NCBI RefSeq assembly: GCF_009914755.1
Contig: NC_060936.1
From: the human T2T-CHM13v2.0 reference genome, Homo sapiens
DNA: 64,000 nt
Strand: one strand, 5' to 3'
A model generated the notes under the pieces. It had not been told where the DNA came from and made no database searches. It was given only the letters and a program-made list of their open reading frames with translations. Below, piece after piece: positions 63,710 through 64,000 of the stretch (within the stretch, counting starts at the first letter, position 1; the number at the start of each line of letters is the position of its first letter). The translations under genes were made by a program, and so were the position numbers.

Positions 63710-64000
63710 CTATAAATAAAGGAGAAAAAGTGACATTAACTTGATGAAGTTTTATGTATCCATCTATTTCTAACATTGGGCCTCAACCTTCCATGTCTTA
63801 CGCCTTACCAGTTGAGCTAATAGAGAGCTTGAACCTTGGTTTTCCTGAGAAGGGCATGTATAGGTGGACAGGCCCTTAGTACTTTTCCCAAACCTCACTC
63901 AGGCATCTTCTATGTACCCCTGGTGGCGTGAATACCACAGACAGCTTTATAATCACACAAAGATGAGATTTGATTCATCTGCTTCTATCACAGATTCATT
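63710..64000 (-). other. IGF1: 3' end of the last IGF1 intron (candidate branch point, polypyrimidine tract, AG)
   Basis: Minus strand reads ...aagttaatgtcactttttctcctttatttatag immediately before the exon. Confidence 0.92.

Overview
Primate (very likely human, chr12q23) genomic DNA that is mostly repeat-derived and has no CpG island. The right end (~57010-64000, minus strand) holds the last exon (exon 6) of IGF1. That exon has a canonical acceptor at 63710-63711, the IGF-1Ea C-terminus EVHLKNASRGSAGNKNYRM*, the frameshifted IGF-1Ec/MGF tail (G)STFEERK*, and a ~6.6 kb 3'UTR. The UTR carries miR-1/206, miR-29, let-7, miR-483-3p and miR-130 seed sites, an antisense Alu, a (CA)n tract and a distal poly(A) site. 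The other ~57 kb is downstream flank filled with AluJ, L1, L2, MIR, MaLR LTRs (two near-full THE1 proviruses, MST, MLT1), ERVL LTRs and an integrase relic, and hAT DNA transposons. From memory this interval is covered on the + strand by the very long lncRNA HELLPAR, but the sequence cannot show this. None of the supplied ORFs looks like a real host gene, and I found no convincing new gene system. The most interesting unexplained structures are four. First, a near-perfect 27-bp hairpin, apparently made by template switching, sits next to a ~170-nt polypurine tract inside a MaLR LTR. Second, a mirror-image pair of AATAAA-containing inverted repeats brackets the IGF1 distal cleavage site. Third, a head-to-head THE1 provirus/LTR composite has a fold-back junction and seems to share one TSD. 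Fourth, two pairs of old ~50-bp duplicates lie 1-2 kb apart. Repeat subfamilies and boundaries were called by eye and are approximate.
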